Assembly (NCBI GenBank): GCA_951406725.2 | Contig: OX597820.1 | Location: 93,868,001 to 93,932,000 of the forward strand | Direction: 5' to 3' | DNA from: Octopus vulgaris | Lineage: Eukaryota | DNA length: 64,000 nt | In this document: positions 12,437 through 26,892 of the stretch, piece by piece | Layout of the letters: each line of letters begins with the position of its first letter | How positions within the stretch are numbered: position 1 is the first letter of the stretch | Made by a program: the position numbers and the translations under genes | The notes under the pieces: model-generated | Databases searched by the model: none | What the model was told of the DNA's origin: nothing | What the model saw: the letters and a program-made list of their open reading frames with translations, nothing else

Positions 12437-13317
12437 AAAAAGAAAAGGAAGTTACATATAGCCAACAGCAATACACCTATCAGCACTGATATAAAAAAAA
12501 TAAGCACTTACATAAGCTAACTACAGAGTTAATAGTAATATAGTTAACAGTTACATAGCTAACAGAAACAAAGCTAAGTTATAAATCTATTAGTTATATG
12601 GTTAGTAACGAAGCTCACAATAATATTATGACTGAGGGGCGTACGTTGTTTATACAACTCATGTCCATACAGAAAGTACCTCTGCGAGATTTCTCCCAGT
12701 CAGTCTTTTAATATATCATAGCACTGAGTGTTTGTTTACTTAAACACTATCTATTTCTCAGTTATATAAAACCTATTAAGTAAAATAAGAGACTAATACT
12801 CGAAGAGGTAGGTCTAACAAAGACAGAATTATCTAACGGTTTACTCCCAGACTTGCCAAAGATCGGACTCACTTCACATTAAATGTCTACATTTAACTTC
12901 ACTAGGGATGCAATTGTAATTAACATTTTTTAGCTCACATGTTAGTTTCGAATTAATTAACAGTAATATAACCAACAGTACCATAATTAAAAGTAACAAT
13001 ACCATAGGTTAATTTTTTAATTGAAGTTATATATATCTATCGGGCCGCTAAAATTAGTAAGTGCACCAAGATTTAGTCAAGTCAACGAGGCGACGTTTAG
13101 TTAATTAGGAAGACTTTAAGTCGTTGCATGGACGGCTAGAAATGATAGCCATACCTCCTTTAAATCACATTTTGTCGCTTTAAAAAAGAACATATTTAAT
13201 AATGTGATTCTATGTATGAAACAGAAAAGTCGGGAAGGTCATGGATAGAATGTCTGACTAGATCTACTCGGTCAAAGCTGATTTGAGACTAACCATCATA
13301 TTCATCAACAACAACCA

Positions 13318-13693
13318 GCCACATGGTTCCGGGTTCAGTCCCACTGCGTGGCATCTTGGGCAAGTGTCTTCTGCTATAGCCCCGGGCCGACCAATGCCTT
13401 GTGAGTGGATTTGGTAGACGGAAACTGAAAGAAGCCTGTCGTATATATGTATATATATGTGTGTGTGTGTATGTGTTTGTGTGTCTGTGTTTGTCCCCCT
13501 AGCATTACTTGACAACCGATGCTGGTGTGTTTACGTTCCCGTCACTTAGCGGTTCGGCAAAAGAGACCGATAGAATAAGTACTGGGCTTACAAATAATAA
13601 GTCCCGGGGTCGATTTGATCGACTAAAGGCGGTGCTCCAGCATGGCCGCAGTCAAATGACTGAAACAAGTAAAAAGAGTAAAAAAAAAAGAGT
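13318..13693 (+). mobile_element. SINE family A, 5'-truncated, inserted in the (AAC)n tail of a family G repeat
   Basis: CCACATGGTTCCGGGTTCAGTCCC...AAACAAGTAAAAAGAGTAAA; close to the family consensus. Confidence 0.9.
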
Positions 13694-14439
13694 AACAACA
13701 AACATAACAAAATCATAAGACAGCCAAACCTCATATGAAAAAGTAGGTCATGATTAGAGTGCTTTGGGGATGTAAAAGGTTTCGCCTAAAACTAAATGAA
13801 TGAGAAACCCGTAGCCACACATGAAAACGATCATATATAATATATGATGAATTTTAGAATTATTCCTTCTGTCCTATCGTTCTATATTTCTGAAACAATG
13901 CTGTGTTCTTAAATCTTTACGTAAGCAGTTTTAGTTCTTTCTCGTCGTCCTCTTTAATTCTGTGCAATTAATTATACGTCTTAAATGTACAACAGTTCGT
14001 TTAGAGAATTAATCTGTCGCAGAGCAATTCTCTCTACCTAAGGTAGAAAGAATTATCAATAATCAGCTTAAGTGAGAAGATAGGTTTATCTCGCGTATCA
14101 AGTGCTGAACACATTGAATTTCAACTCTCTTTTACTGGAATTACGCAGGTGTTCACAGCTGTTATCTGTCATCCATTAACCCCAAAGAACAGCAGATAAG
14201 TGTCGTCAACAACAAAAGGATTTTGAAAAGGATTATATCACATTTTCTTATCCCGTCCTACCGATTCTTTATGATTCATACTTCAACAGCTAAACAGCAC
14301 AGCATATTCTCTGTCATATTTTAGTATTTCGTTTACTCAGCCATATTTTGTATTTCGTTTTCTTTGTCATATTTTTGTATTTCATTTTCAGTTTCATTAA
14401 CACGTAATATCTCAACAAAATATATCACTTGTGATGCAA

Positions 14440-14815
14440 CCTGTAATCTTGAAAATAAATATTTTATTGCAAGCGAATACTGCGTGTCATCAAGAAGATA
14501 TGTACTGCTAAACGGTTTACATTTTATTGTTTATGTGCAACTGCATTGAAACAGTATTCAGTGACAAGTTAAAAAGAACTGGGTAACAGAACAGTGAATC
14601 GAATGAAGTTCTTGAAAGTAAGGAGATGGTAAAACAACTACACATGAATCTGTCTTCATACTATTAGAAGTGGATTATAATGTTCTGTAATTTATGTTCG
14701 AATATGAAATAGTCATCTGACAACTTATATCAACAAAGCAATACTTACATAATTACAAAAGGATATTGCTAATGCACCCAGGGATAAGATTATTGGATTT
14801 ATATCGGCTCCCATT
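14440..14815 (+). mobile_element. possible highly degraded pogo/Tigger-type transposase remnant
   Basis: Broken frames read LKNWVTEQ...KWIIMFC...KDIANAPRDKIIGFI, loosely like the CENP-B-type HTH region; many stops and frameshifts. Confidence 0.25.
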
Positions 14816-15894
14816 AAATATCATATACATGTGTGTGTGCGCGCGTGAACCAGCGCTTGCGCATGTATATATCCAACTACTCCAATCACACAAAATAACA
14901 GCTCATCTATCATCCATTCTCACTCACATGTATTGAACACTCTTCTAAACCAATGATGGAAGACCCTTGGCAGCGAATAAAATTTCCCAAGTGTTCAAAT
15001 TTGAAATCTAGTTGAAGCAATTCGAAAGCCTTAAAACAAAAATAACTGTAATAAGTTGAATATTTACACATTTGCTAAAGTCAACAAAGATTTATGATTT
15101 TTCTTAAACTAAATAATTTAACTAGCATTCTGTACATCTGACTTAACGTGGATACATAATAGAAAGCCACAAAACTGCAGTATTTGCTTTGAGAAAACTA
15201 GCCGTATAGTACTACAAAACACAAAAGTGCAAAGACAAAGAAATCATCATTTAGCAATTTCCTCACTGTTGCTGGACACTTCTCGTCTACTACCGATACA
15301 TTACTGTGCCTTTTAGCACCATACGTCTATACGAGAAGCTTTCTCGAGAGGAGTTCTGCAGTTTTGTGACTTTCCATTGTTATATCCATGTTAAGAAAGA
15401 TCTATTGAATGCTATTATGAATCAATACTGCTTCACTCGCTAATAACGAAGATGTGTGTGTGTGTGAACCCAGAACTATGTGGTTGTAAAGTGTGTGTGT
15501 GTGTGTGTGTGCGTGTGTGTGTATGCATGCATATAATGGCAGCATGTTGATTCAGAAGAATGCTTGATTTCCTGAGATTATTTCCCTTTCTTATTCGGAA
15601 TCGGAAGCAATTATTGAAATTGTCTGGAGGCGAAGATAATTACAATTAATCAAAAATGTATCTTGTGCGGTATTTAGAAATATATTTTTTGTCTTTCCTA
15701 TCCAAATCGTGTAGATTATGTACATCTCGAAGAATAAAGCAAAATTCAGAATCCAAGCAACTAATGAAGTTTTGTGACAGCAAAATCTAATCCTTAAAAA
15801 ATCGTAAAAGTAAAAACAAATTACATTGAGTTGATTCGTGGTTAGGAAGTGCAATGCAACGCTTCGGGCATATATCTTTCTTCCGATTGATTTT

Positions 15895-16375
<481 letters not shown>

Positions 16376-16558
16376 TATAATCTTCCTTGGTTGTTCTGTT
16401 TAGATTTCACTCACCCGTACAGGGAAAGTTTTCTTATGATTGCACAGATAATAACAATTGATGGATATTTTTCAGCTCAATGTACTTCATTTGTAAACTC
16501 AACTGAATTGTCGTTTTAGTTTTCTTTGCAGTCATAGACTCGATGTTTACCGCTAGTA

Positions 16559-16952
16559 TCTTTTGGATTGGAAGCACTCCGTCGGTTACGACGACGAGGG
16601 TTCCGGTTGATCCGATCAACGGAACAGCCTGCTCGTGAAATTAACGTGTAAGTGGCTGATCACTCCACAGACACGTGTACCCTTAACGTAGTTCTCGGGG
16701 ATATTCAGCATGACACAGAGAGTGACAAGGCCGGCCCTTTGAAATACAGGTACAACAGAAACAGGAAGTAAGAGTGAGAGAAAGTTGTGGTGAAAGAGTA
16801 CAGCAGGGATCACCACCATCCCTGCCGGAGCCTCGTGGAGCTTTTTTAGGTGTTTTCGCTCAATAAACACTCACAACGCCCGGTCTGGGAATCGAAACCG
16901 CGATCCTACGACCGCGAGTCCGCTGCCCTAACCACTGGGCCATTGCACTTCC
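16559..16952 (-). mobile_element. tRNA-derived SINE family C, full length, with 10-bp TSD
   Basis: Reverse-strand head AATGGCCCAGTGGTTAGGGCAGCGGACTCGCGGTCG...GGTTTCGATTCCC; flanked by ACCGCTAGTA at 16549-16558 and 16953-16962. Confidence 0.92.
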
Positions 16953-17385
16953 ACCGCTAGTACCTAATAAGTCCTATGCTCAAATCGTAACGAACGAAGG
17001 TCACTACAAGAAGCATAGAACATCATATATGGAATTGTATCACATGGTTGATGTGATAGAAGGTGTTGTTGAAGCAAAAGGAAGCTGAAAAGGTCACAGT
17101 TGTATGGCAAAAGATTTCGACAAACTAAGAAATAATTAACCAACGGTTTAAACAATTAATTAATAATAGAAAAGGGAACTACAGCCTATATGATAGTTTG
17201 TTATTTGTGCATGTGTGTGTGTGTGCGAGAGAGAAAGAGAGAAGGAAAGAGAAAGAGTGTGAGAGAGAAGAGAAAGAGTTTATTGGCAGAATGCAAAATC
17301 CTGTATCGAAATATGTTTCAAGATATGAAATTATATTCAGACAAAGAAATGCGTTTGTATATGTATAAATGCGTACATGTATTAC

Positions 17386-17430
<45 letters not shown>

Positions 17431-17434
<4 letters not shown>

Positions 17435-17570
17435 TGAGTGTATGTGTGTGTGAGTGAGTGAATGAGTGCGTATGTGTGCGTGTGAGTGTGTGTGTGTGTG
17501 TGAGTGAGTGTATGTGTGTGTGAGTGAGTGAATGAGTGCGTATGTGTGCGTGTGAGTGTGTGTGTGTGTG
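17431..17570. repeat. 70-bp x2 perfect tandem duplication within a GT-rich microsatellite
   Basis: 17431-17500 is identical to 17501-17570. Confidence 0.85.
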
Positions 17571-17657
17571 CATGCGAGTGTGTCAAAGTGAGTGAAAGTA
17601 AGTCAAAGAAATAGAAAGATCAGAGCAAAAGTACGAGAATTTAAGAGGAAAGTCACA

Positions 17658-17704
<47 letters not shown>

Positions 17705-17983
17705 AAGAGAGAGAGAGTGAGAGAGAGAGAGAGAGATGGGAAGGAGAAAAGGATGTATGTGTGCGAGAGAGTTGTTGTTGTTGACAGTGCTGATGATGAT
17801 GAACAATATTTCTTTTGAATATTAGGAACAACTATAATAACAACGATAAAAAGGAATCATATGGTTAGAAGTACTGAGATGGGGTATGTGCGTGTGCGTA
17901 TGCGTACATATATGTGGTGCGTATGTGTGCTCGTTGGCGAGGATATGCGTTTACAGAAGCTTTGCAAGTGACAGTATATGAGC

Positions 17984-18019
<36 letters not shown>

Positions 18020-18037
18020 TTATTGCTTATTTTGATT

Positions 18038-18079
<42 letters not shown>

Positions 18080-18173
18080 CTTAGAGCACAAATGGTTTGA
18101 TTTTCACTACAGCTGTTTCAGGCGCATTTTTTAATTATAAATAAATCACGTTTTATATTTATATATATATATA

Positions 18174-18216
<43 letters not shown>

Positions 18217-18487
18217 ATATGATGCAAAAGTGTTGTAAGTCCAGAACGTTGCTTTTTCAGAAAACAAAAACATAGTTATACCATTCCATACCAAAACCGT
18301 TGTACTACACTTTCACAACTTTTGATATCTTGGCATCTGAAGCAGCTGGAGATACGATAGTTCGATCAAAAGAAGCAATTATTGCAAGCAAAAATAAAAA
18401 TTGAAAAAAAAAAACGCACTTGGCTAAATTTGGACATACAACAGTTTAACACAATAGCAACGATATACATATGTGTGTGTGTGTGTG

Positions 18488-18637
18488 TTATCTTTTGTTT
18501 CAGTGATTAGACTGCGGTTATGCTAGGACACCGCCTTTGAGGGTTTTTTCGAACGAATCGACCCCAGAACTTATTTTATCGTTCACTTTTTGCCAAACCG
18601 CTAAGTTATGGGAACGTCAACACAAGCACTCCTACAA

Positions 18638-18640
<3 letters not shown>
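18488..18640 (-). mobile_element. SINE family A, 3' fragment
   Basis: TTGTTTCAGTGATTAGACTGCGG...CACCGCCTT...AACCGCTAAGTTA. Confidence 0.75.
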
Positions 18641-18692
<52 letters not shown>

Positions 18693-19728
18693 TACATGTA
18701 TGTATGTATGTATGTATGTATGTATGTATGTATGTATGTATGTATGCAGGTGCATATATTGTAAATTCACCTGTATATATATATATATATATATATATGA
18801 ATGTATGTGCGTATTGCTGTCGTTGAATTCTACCTCAATCTTGATTCAGTAGACGTTAAGTCAACGAAATTCCATAACTCTGTCGTTTTACAGAAACACT
18901 GTATATATATATGAGCGCGCACGTGCGTGTGTGTGTGTGCGCGCGCGCCTATCAGTGGGAACTTGCCAAGAGAAAATATGTATGTTGGAGGTAAGTGAAG
19001 GGGTGTTGGAGGTAAGTGAAGGCAAGATGGAAGAGAGGAAGTCTTGGAGAGAATTCCAAACTTCCGGTTAGTTCTTTGTCTCTTTTACTTATACATGTGG
19101 TGGTGGTGGTGGTGGTGGTGATGGTACGTAGGGTGTGGAAAGTAATTTGCGGCAGCGGCGGAGGCGGCGGAGGCGGCGGTGGTGATAGCGGTTGGAAAGA
19201 GGTTATTGGGATATAACTAGTCAAAAAAAAAAAAAAATGGTGGATATAAGTAAGAGTAAAAGGCAGAGGAAGCTTATACTTGAAGGAAGTGGGAGAGAGA
19301 GAGAGAGAGAGAGAGACTGAGACGAGAAAGCGACTAGACAAAGACGAGGTAAGAAGTGTAAGATGACGACGATGATGATGATGATGTTGATAGCGATGAT
19401 GGTGGTGGTGGTGGTGGTGGTGGTGGTGGTGGTAGTGATAAGCATGATGATGATGTTGGGGAAGAATAGCGCTATATACAAGTAAATATGTTAATAAACA
19501 AAACCCAGCGGGGTGGAAAAGAACCATTGGAAGATTCTTGATAGTAAAGGAAGGAGCATGGAACTACGTATATAAGTGCGTATGTATGTATGTATGTATG
19601 TATGTATGTATGTATGTATGTTTGTATGTATGTATATGTGTATGAATGCGTTTATGTCTCTGTGTGTGTTTGAGGGTGTGGAAAGGGTGTCAATGAGTGC
19701 ATATGTACATACGAGCAAATATAAATAC

Positions 19729-19768
<40 letters not shown>

Positions 19769-19995
19769 ATATACTTATATATAAGCTTATGCATACATAT
19801 ACACACATATACATGCATAAATGCACCCACACCCACAGACATATATATATATACATAGCAGACATATGTTTAGACACATACATACGCATATACATATATA
19901 CGTATAACACACGTATGCAAGGATATTAGAGGACTATATCTGATTTCCAGTCTTCATTTGCATATTGTATAAAGAAATACAAATACACACACACA

Positions 19996-20041
<46 letters not shown>

Positions 20042-20180
20042 CACACACACAAGTAATACATGTACGCATTTATACATATACAAACGCATTTCTTTGTCTG
20101 AATATAATTTCATATATAAATGTCCATATACATGAACGTATGAGTCTACAAGAGGGGTGTGTTAGAGGGTGCGTATACAC

Positions 20181-20253
<73 letters not shown>

Positions 20254-20723
20254 CATGAACACTCACGCACATACGTACACAAGCAGACGAAAGTGTGTTT
20301 CTTTAGTGTATACGTATATTTACAAGTGTGTCTTGCTTGCAATATGTCTTTGAGGGCATACGATTTTGTGTGGCGGGTGCGAGTGGCTATCATAGTATAT
20401 CTATATAGGTGTACTCATGCATATGTATGTGTGTGCGTGTGTGTCTGTGTGTGTGTGTGTGTGTATGTGCGTGCGTATGTGAGTAAGTGTGTGTGTTAAA
20501 ATAACATCAGATGAAGTAATCTGTATTGAAAACAGACGGTTGTAGATAAAACTGGGAAGCCATCTTAAAGGTAGAGAATAGTGGTGGCAATAGTGGCGAT
20601 GTTGTACGAGGGGAGGGGGATAGAAGTTGGGGATGGTAGGGTTAGTATGGAGGGGAGGAGGAGGAGGAGAATAGAAATAGAGTATAGGAGGAGAGATGGA
20701 AGACTGAAAAGTTGTGTGTGTGA

Positions 20724-20759
<36 letters not shown>

Positions 20760-20892
20760 AAGACTTAGTGTGAGAGTATAGGAGAAAAACATGAAGTCCA
20801 ACAAAGAAAAATGTTGCTCTGAATCTGGAGCAAGACAGACAGACAGTTATACACAGACTGATACATACATATATATATATATATATACATAC

Positions 20893-20947
<55 letters not shown>

Positions 20948-20985
20948 ACACGTATGAGTGCGTGTGTATATGTATAACCCTACTG

Positions 20986-21016
<31 letters not shown>

Positions 21017-21180
21017 ATAAGCATGTAAGGCATGTATGTATGTATGTATATATATATATGTGTGTATATATCTATCTATCTATATATATATCTGTGTGAG
21101 TGTATATATATATATGTATGTATATATATGTGTATGTGTATATATATACACACACACACACACACGTACATATGAAGACA

Positions 21181-21238
<58 letters not shown>

Positions 21239-21711
21239 TGTATGTATGTATACACGCAGCCACTCGTACGTAGGTAGACTGATAGAGAGGTAGGTAGTGA
21301 GAGGCAGCAAGAGCTATACATAAGGTAAGAGATTAAATAAAGTATGCAACGACAAAAACTGAGGATGAAAAACGTAAAAGTAAATATTAAAAAATACGGG
21401 AGAGAGAGAGAGAGATGGGAGAGAGAGAGACAGAAACAAAGATAGAGAGAGGGAGAGAGAGAGAGAGAGAGAGGGTGGCATAGAGATTGGGTAGTTGGTT
21501 TAATAGGAATATGGAATGTCAATCAGAAGCAAATAAGAGAAAGAAATGAAGAAATAGTTGCCGTTCTGGTGATCGATAGATTGGTGAAGGTAAAGAGGGG
21601 AAAATGAAAGTAATATTGAATGTTTCAATCTTATTTTGGCACTCAGTCACCGACTGGCATACTGTCAGTTATCCTGTGTCTACTACTACTGCTACTATTA
21701 GTGTTGAGTTA

Positions 21712-22130
21712 TTTTAGCCCCAGGTCAGCAACGATCCAGCAGACCTAAGATGAAAGTTGTTCCATTCCATCAATCTTAAACATAAAATAAACAAAAACCA
21801 GAGTTGAGTATGATTTAAGAGAGGTTTAGCTGTTATTTCTTATATGTCACTTAACTATTTGGCTCGACACTATATTTGTGAAGTAAAGTGGTTCATGTTG
21901 TTGCTGTTGTTGTTACCTAGCCGCCAGTCAATCCTGATCGTTTGAGCAAACATTATTAAAGTTATTCAAGATAGGCCACAACCATGCCACCTTTTTTTTT
22001 TCTACGTGCAGGTAACCCACGCAGATACTGTTCGAAATTGTCTTTCTTTAGGATGTTACAGTATGGTTTGAAAAAAGTTTGGCTGCTGTTTTTAGCACCT
22101 CAAGTAACCGTATATAGGTTCCTTCACTGG
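21712..22130 (-). mobile_element. two adjacent family G repeats
   Basis: TTTAGCCCCAGGTCAGC...TTTAGCTGTTATTTCT and CTAGCCGCCAGTCAATCCTGATC...TTGGCTGCTGTTTTTAGCA; further copies at 32538-32750, 36360-36550, 43565-43760. Confidence 0.55.
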
Positions 22131-22886
22131 CGAACACATTTGATGTGATTCGTACGTAGTTTCTCGGCATGCTATTCGTCAGTAGTTTACTTGTTATGAA
22201 ACGAAACAATGAAGCTAACACCGTCAGTAGCAGTCATGAATAAACTGAGGCCCACGAGACATTCTGAATGACACCTCAAACGAAAAATTACCTCGAATGT
22301 TTTAGTAGTGCAGCCCACCTGATGAGGAATCATGTGTCATGCGGCCCGGTTATCGAAAAGGGTTGACCATGCCTATAAACTTTATATATAGATTGTCATA
22401 GAGTTGGACATATGAAATAATACGTACAATGGAGTGTTATTTACGCATTCACTTTATGTGCTTGAAATAGCAGCCTAATCATTTTAAAATTAGACGTTGG
22501 CGTCTTGAAAAGAGAAGGCCACACATTAAATAATAGGAGCTCTTGCTAGGCAATGCCTGAAACAAAGATGAGACCGTTAAGGCTGGAGTACCTTTTGATA
22601 ATGCTTAGCCATGTCAGGACAGATCTGGTTCTATACAACAATGACAACAATGCCATAGCCAACAAGGTATCGTTCAATGAACGAGGAATTTGTTATAACG
22701 TTTGCAGTGTGAGCATGTAGAAGGCAGTGGTGTCGGAAGAGCGGGAAGAAAAATAGCGAGAGGAAAATCTCGACGTAAACCGTTCGTATTAAATCTGTAT
22801 TTATTTGAAAAATTAGCGGGAAGTCAGCGTCTAAGTGTGCGAGTTTGTGTATGTCTGTATGCGTATGTGTGTGCGCCTGTATATCA

Positions 22887-22918
<32 letters not shown>

Positions 22919-23232
22919 GTGTCGAGGAGACCTGGAAGGAAGATGGTGAGAAGAAACCTAGATTCACACGCAAGCTGCACTTATTTACTAATGGATGAGA
23001 GCGATGTCACCACTAAGTAGTGTGGAGCAGGAGAAGAGGAAGGGGAGGAGGAGGAGGAGGAGGAAAGGAACCAAGACTTGCCATATCTTAATGCGATATT
23101 TGATTCTTAGACATGTAATAACTAAACCATACATCTGTCACAGCGAGCACACCAAACATACATAGAGAAATATTCATGTCATTCACTTGCCCTTCCCTCT
23201 CCATACACGTATATCTGTGTGTATGTGTGTGA

Positions 23233-23410
23233 AGGTACACTGCCTAATGGTTAGGGTGTTGCACTCACGATCGCATGGTCGTGGTTTCGATTCCAAGACT
23301 AGCAGTGCGTTGTGTTCTTGAGCAAAACGCTTCATTTCACGTTGCTCCTATCAACTCGGCTGTAAATGAGTAACTCTGCGAGAGGCTGGCGTTCCGTCCA
23401 GGGATAATGA
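23233..23410 (+). mobile_element. SINE family D
   Basis: AATGGTTAGGGTGTTGCACTCACGATCG...GGTTTCGATTCC...TGTGTTCTTGAGCAAAACGCTTCATTTCACGTTGCTCC. Confidence 0.8.
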
Positions 23411-23536
23411 TGATGGCATGTCCACAGATCCAGAGAGTGGGTGGCATCATAACAAAGCTATAACAAAACGAGGAAGCACATTGAGACCATCCAATAGTCT
23501 GGTCCATGCAGCTGTGTGTGTGTGTGTGTGTGTGTG

Positions 23537-23837
23537 TGGAGGCGCAATGGTCCAGTGGATAAGGCAGTGGACTCGCGGGCGTATGATCGCGGTTTCGATT
23601 CCTAGACCGTGTATAGTGAGTGTTTATTGAGCGAAAACACCTAAAGCTCTACGAGGCTCCGGCAGGGGGTGGTGGTGAACCCTACTGAACTCTTTCACCA
23701 CAACTTTCTATCACTCTTTCTTCCTGTTTCTGTTGTACCTGTATTTCAAAGGGCCAGCCTTGTCACACTCTGTATCACACTGAATTTCCCCGAGAACTAC
23801 GTTTAGAGTACACGTGTCTGTGGAGTGCTCAACCACT
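23537..23837 (+). mobile_element. SINE family C (3'-truncated)
   Basis: GGAGGCGCAATGGTCCAGTGG...GGTTTCGATTCC...ACACGTGTCTGTGGAGTGCTC; homologous to 16559-16952. Confidence 0.88.
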
Positions 23838-24107
23838 AGTCGTACAAAGTGCCTGAGACCTCCACACACACGACACGAGTGTCTTTAACGACATTCTGCG
23901 GTATAGTGTGAAAAGGCCGGGCTTTTGAATTACAGGTGAAAGTTCGACAGTTATATATGAATACATACGTATCTATGTCAATCTACCAACAATATGAAAA
24001 TATTTCATGAAATAATGTGTGATAATAGACAACAGATACCAAGGATGTGTGCAGGGAGAAATGTAGGATACAAATTCACATGAACATCTACACATATATT
24101 CACACAC

Positions 24108-24144
<37 letters not shown>

Positions 24145-24507
24145 ACACACGCACACACACGAAAATGAGTTATTTTTCACACGATTACAGGTATAAAGAA
24201 ATTTACTTGAAAATGTACTTGGAGTCTTTAAGAAGGTAAGTCAATCACCTTCATAGTTTCATGGTCTTCAGAAGTAGTGTGGAATGGCGGAACATGGAGC
24301 TATGCCAAAACTGTCTAACTTCTCACTCTTTCTCTCACTACACACACACGCACACACACTTATCAATGGGGTTAGATAAGCGCAAGGCATGCAATAAATG
24401 TATGCTTGAGATGCATAAATATATAGAGACGAAAACTTTCTCATGTCATATTATAAAAACGAAGGGATCATTTTTTATAATATAATCTTTGCTTGAGACA
24501 GTCACGT

Positions 24508-24538
<31 letters not shown>

Positions 24539-24617
24539 AAGAAGAAGAAGAAGAAGAAGAAGAAGAAGAAGAAGAAGAAGAAGAAGAAGAAGAAGAAGAA
24601 GAAGAAGAAGAAGAAGA
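24508..24617. repeat. (GTA)n-(GAA)n compound trinucleotide repeat
   Basis: Directly visible. Confidence 0.95.
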
Positions 24618-25289
24618 TAAGTTGTTGAGCTTTTTAAGGAGAGCTCAGAGGTCGCTTATACGACATAAAAAAAGATGACCGCTTCTGAAAAAAGAATTGA
24701 TTACATGCTTAAGTCAAAATGACCGATTTAATCTGACTGTTCGTCGTACGTTAGAAATTTGCGTGTTCACATTTGCAATACATAAAACTATTGAACAGAC
24801 CTTGTGTTGTATATGGTGACCATGGGTCAAATGTAATTTTATACCAGACTCAAAAATAACCATATGTCTGAACTAAACTTGTGTGAGAATTAAAACATTC
24901 AGATGTTTAAATATCATTAAGCACATAGTTTAACTTAATTAAGCAAATCATTAAATTGGCTCTGAGCATAAAGTAAAGAATTCGGCTACACAAAGCAAGA
25001 TGACGTGTGCGATTTATAATAGATTGCACACATATCTAAGGTAGGGACCTCATATGTGACAAATAGTAATCACACGCGTCAGATGGGAAGTTTGAGCTAA
25101 ATTGTATGAGACTAACATGCTTAAAGACAATGATCATAAATTTACTGTATTTTAATGTAGAAAGGGTCATGAAAAGCCATGGGATTGCACCTAGAAAGTT
25201 ACTCTCCGAGACACAAGTCCAGACAAGGTTGTTTATGAAAGGCCAGCAGTCGCCTATATATACCAATTTCCCTTCGCCACGCCACCGAT

Positions 25290-25482
25290 GTTATCCAAGG
25301 GAAAGGCAAAAACCGATACATCTTACACCAGTGACATCGCAACTCATTTCTACAGCTGAGTGAACTGGAACAACGTAAAATAAATGACTTACTGAAGAAC
25401 ACAACACAGCCTAGTCCCGGAATCGAAATCACTACATGATGATTGTGAGCCCGACGTTCTAACAACTGTGTTATGCGCCTTC
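25290..25482 (-). mobile_element. SINE family D
   Basis: CAGCTGAGTGAACTGGAACAACG...GAAGAACACAAC...GGAATCGAAATC...ATGCGCC. Confidence 0.7.
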
Positions 25483-25795
25483 CATCTTTATGCATAGAGG
25501 AGGCAAAATTACTGACTGGATATGGTATAGAACCTTCGGCTTTGGAATGATACACAGGTTCATATTTTGGTGCTCCAGTCCACTCAACCGAAATATGAGT
25601 AGAAGTAACAGCTAGAGGGTTGACCATGCGACTGACTGGTGCCCTGTTTATGGAACAGTCTTCTAATCTCGGACTCTTATACGACGTGGAAACCAAGATT
25701 AGTTTTGAGGCTGTAGATACGAAATAGACTTTAACTTTAAGCTTGCTTCGTGCACACACATACACATATATACCCACGGTGTATACGCACACACA

Positions 25796-25825
<30 letters not shown>

Positions 25826-25833
<8 letters not shown>

Positions 25834-25947
25834 AATGTGAAACAAGGTGGAAAAAAAGAGTACTCAAATACCAGTGGTAGAGTAATATGCTTTATTTAAA
25901 GTAGCAGAAAATTCTACAAAACCTGTTATTCTGCTGCTTTAAATAAA

Positions 25948-25950
<3 letters not shown>
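25826..25950 (-). mobile_element. fold-back element family E between (TA)n tracts
   Basis: CTTTATTTAAAGTAGCAGAA...TTCTGCTGCTTTAAATAAAG inverted arms; tail is a near-exact reverse complement of 35063-35115. Confidence 0.75.
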
Positions 25951-26009
<59 letters not shown>

Positions 26010-26040
26010 AATATATCAGAGGCGACTCCAGGCCATCAGC

Positions 26041-26665
26041 GTCACTCGGGTTTATCACAGATTTCGAATAAGACACATGCCTACTCGAAGAATTTCTCGT
26101 TTTCTTGCAATAATTCTAGTCCCAAATGGCTTATTTTTTTATATCTAGCACTATGTCATTCTCCATCTCTAAGTTAAGGATAAATTTATAGCAACCCTGC
26201 AAAACACAACTGATCTTTACACACAGACGCAATCAATTAACGACAGCGGAGTGCACAATAAACAGCAGCGAGCGATCTGACTGTCACCTGTACTCTTGAC
26301 AAAAGATGCCAGTTAGTCTTTTTCAATTTGTATTAGCCTGAGTTGCTGGATAATTTTTCGTTCCTTTAAGAATATTGTAGAACGGAAACTTTTCATAGAT
26401 TGGAATTTAAATCCTAATCTCTATAGAAATTTATTGTTTCAAGAAAACATTGAATTTGAATTACTTTTAATTTTTACAATTATAGATAATAACTCGGGCT
26501 GTAACTTTTGAGCCCGAGTCAGGCGCGTGTGAACGATGGTGTGAGAATGAAAGTAAATGAACTGCGACCAGGCTCAATAAAGTATGCAGTAACATACTTG
26601 AAGTCAGTGTTGGCAGAAATTAAATCAGCTTTCAATACACGTTCACTTTACTAAGCCCGAGCAAC
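26041..26665. mobile_element. possible old MITE / non-autonomous DNA element
   Basis: Imperfect TIRs GTCACTCGGGTTTATCA / TACTAAGCCCGAGCAAC; internal hairpin ACTCGGGCT..AGCCCGAGT at 26492-26519. Confidence 0.35.
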
Positions 26666-26672
26666 CCGTGTG

Positions 26673-26844
26673 TGGCCATGCTGGAGCACCACCTTTAGTC
26701 GAACAAATCGACCCCAAGACTTATTCTTTGTAAGCCTAGTATTTATTCTATCAGCTCTTTTGCCGAACCGCTAAGTTACGGGGACGTAAACACACCAACA
26801 TCTGTTGTCAAGCGATGGTGGGGGAGGGAAGAAGACACACACAA

Positions 26845-26892
<48 letters not shown>

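Noticed and set aside
16880-16952. tRNA-like sequences here and at 23537 and 23233
   Set aside because: These are SINE heads continuing into SINE bodies, not tRNA genes
22318-22372. Additional CTGATGA...GAAA motifs (also ~2354, ~27358) and GAAACAGCTGT on the reverse strand at ~18109-18120
   Set aside because: Stems incomplete; possibly PLE debris but too weak to call individually
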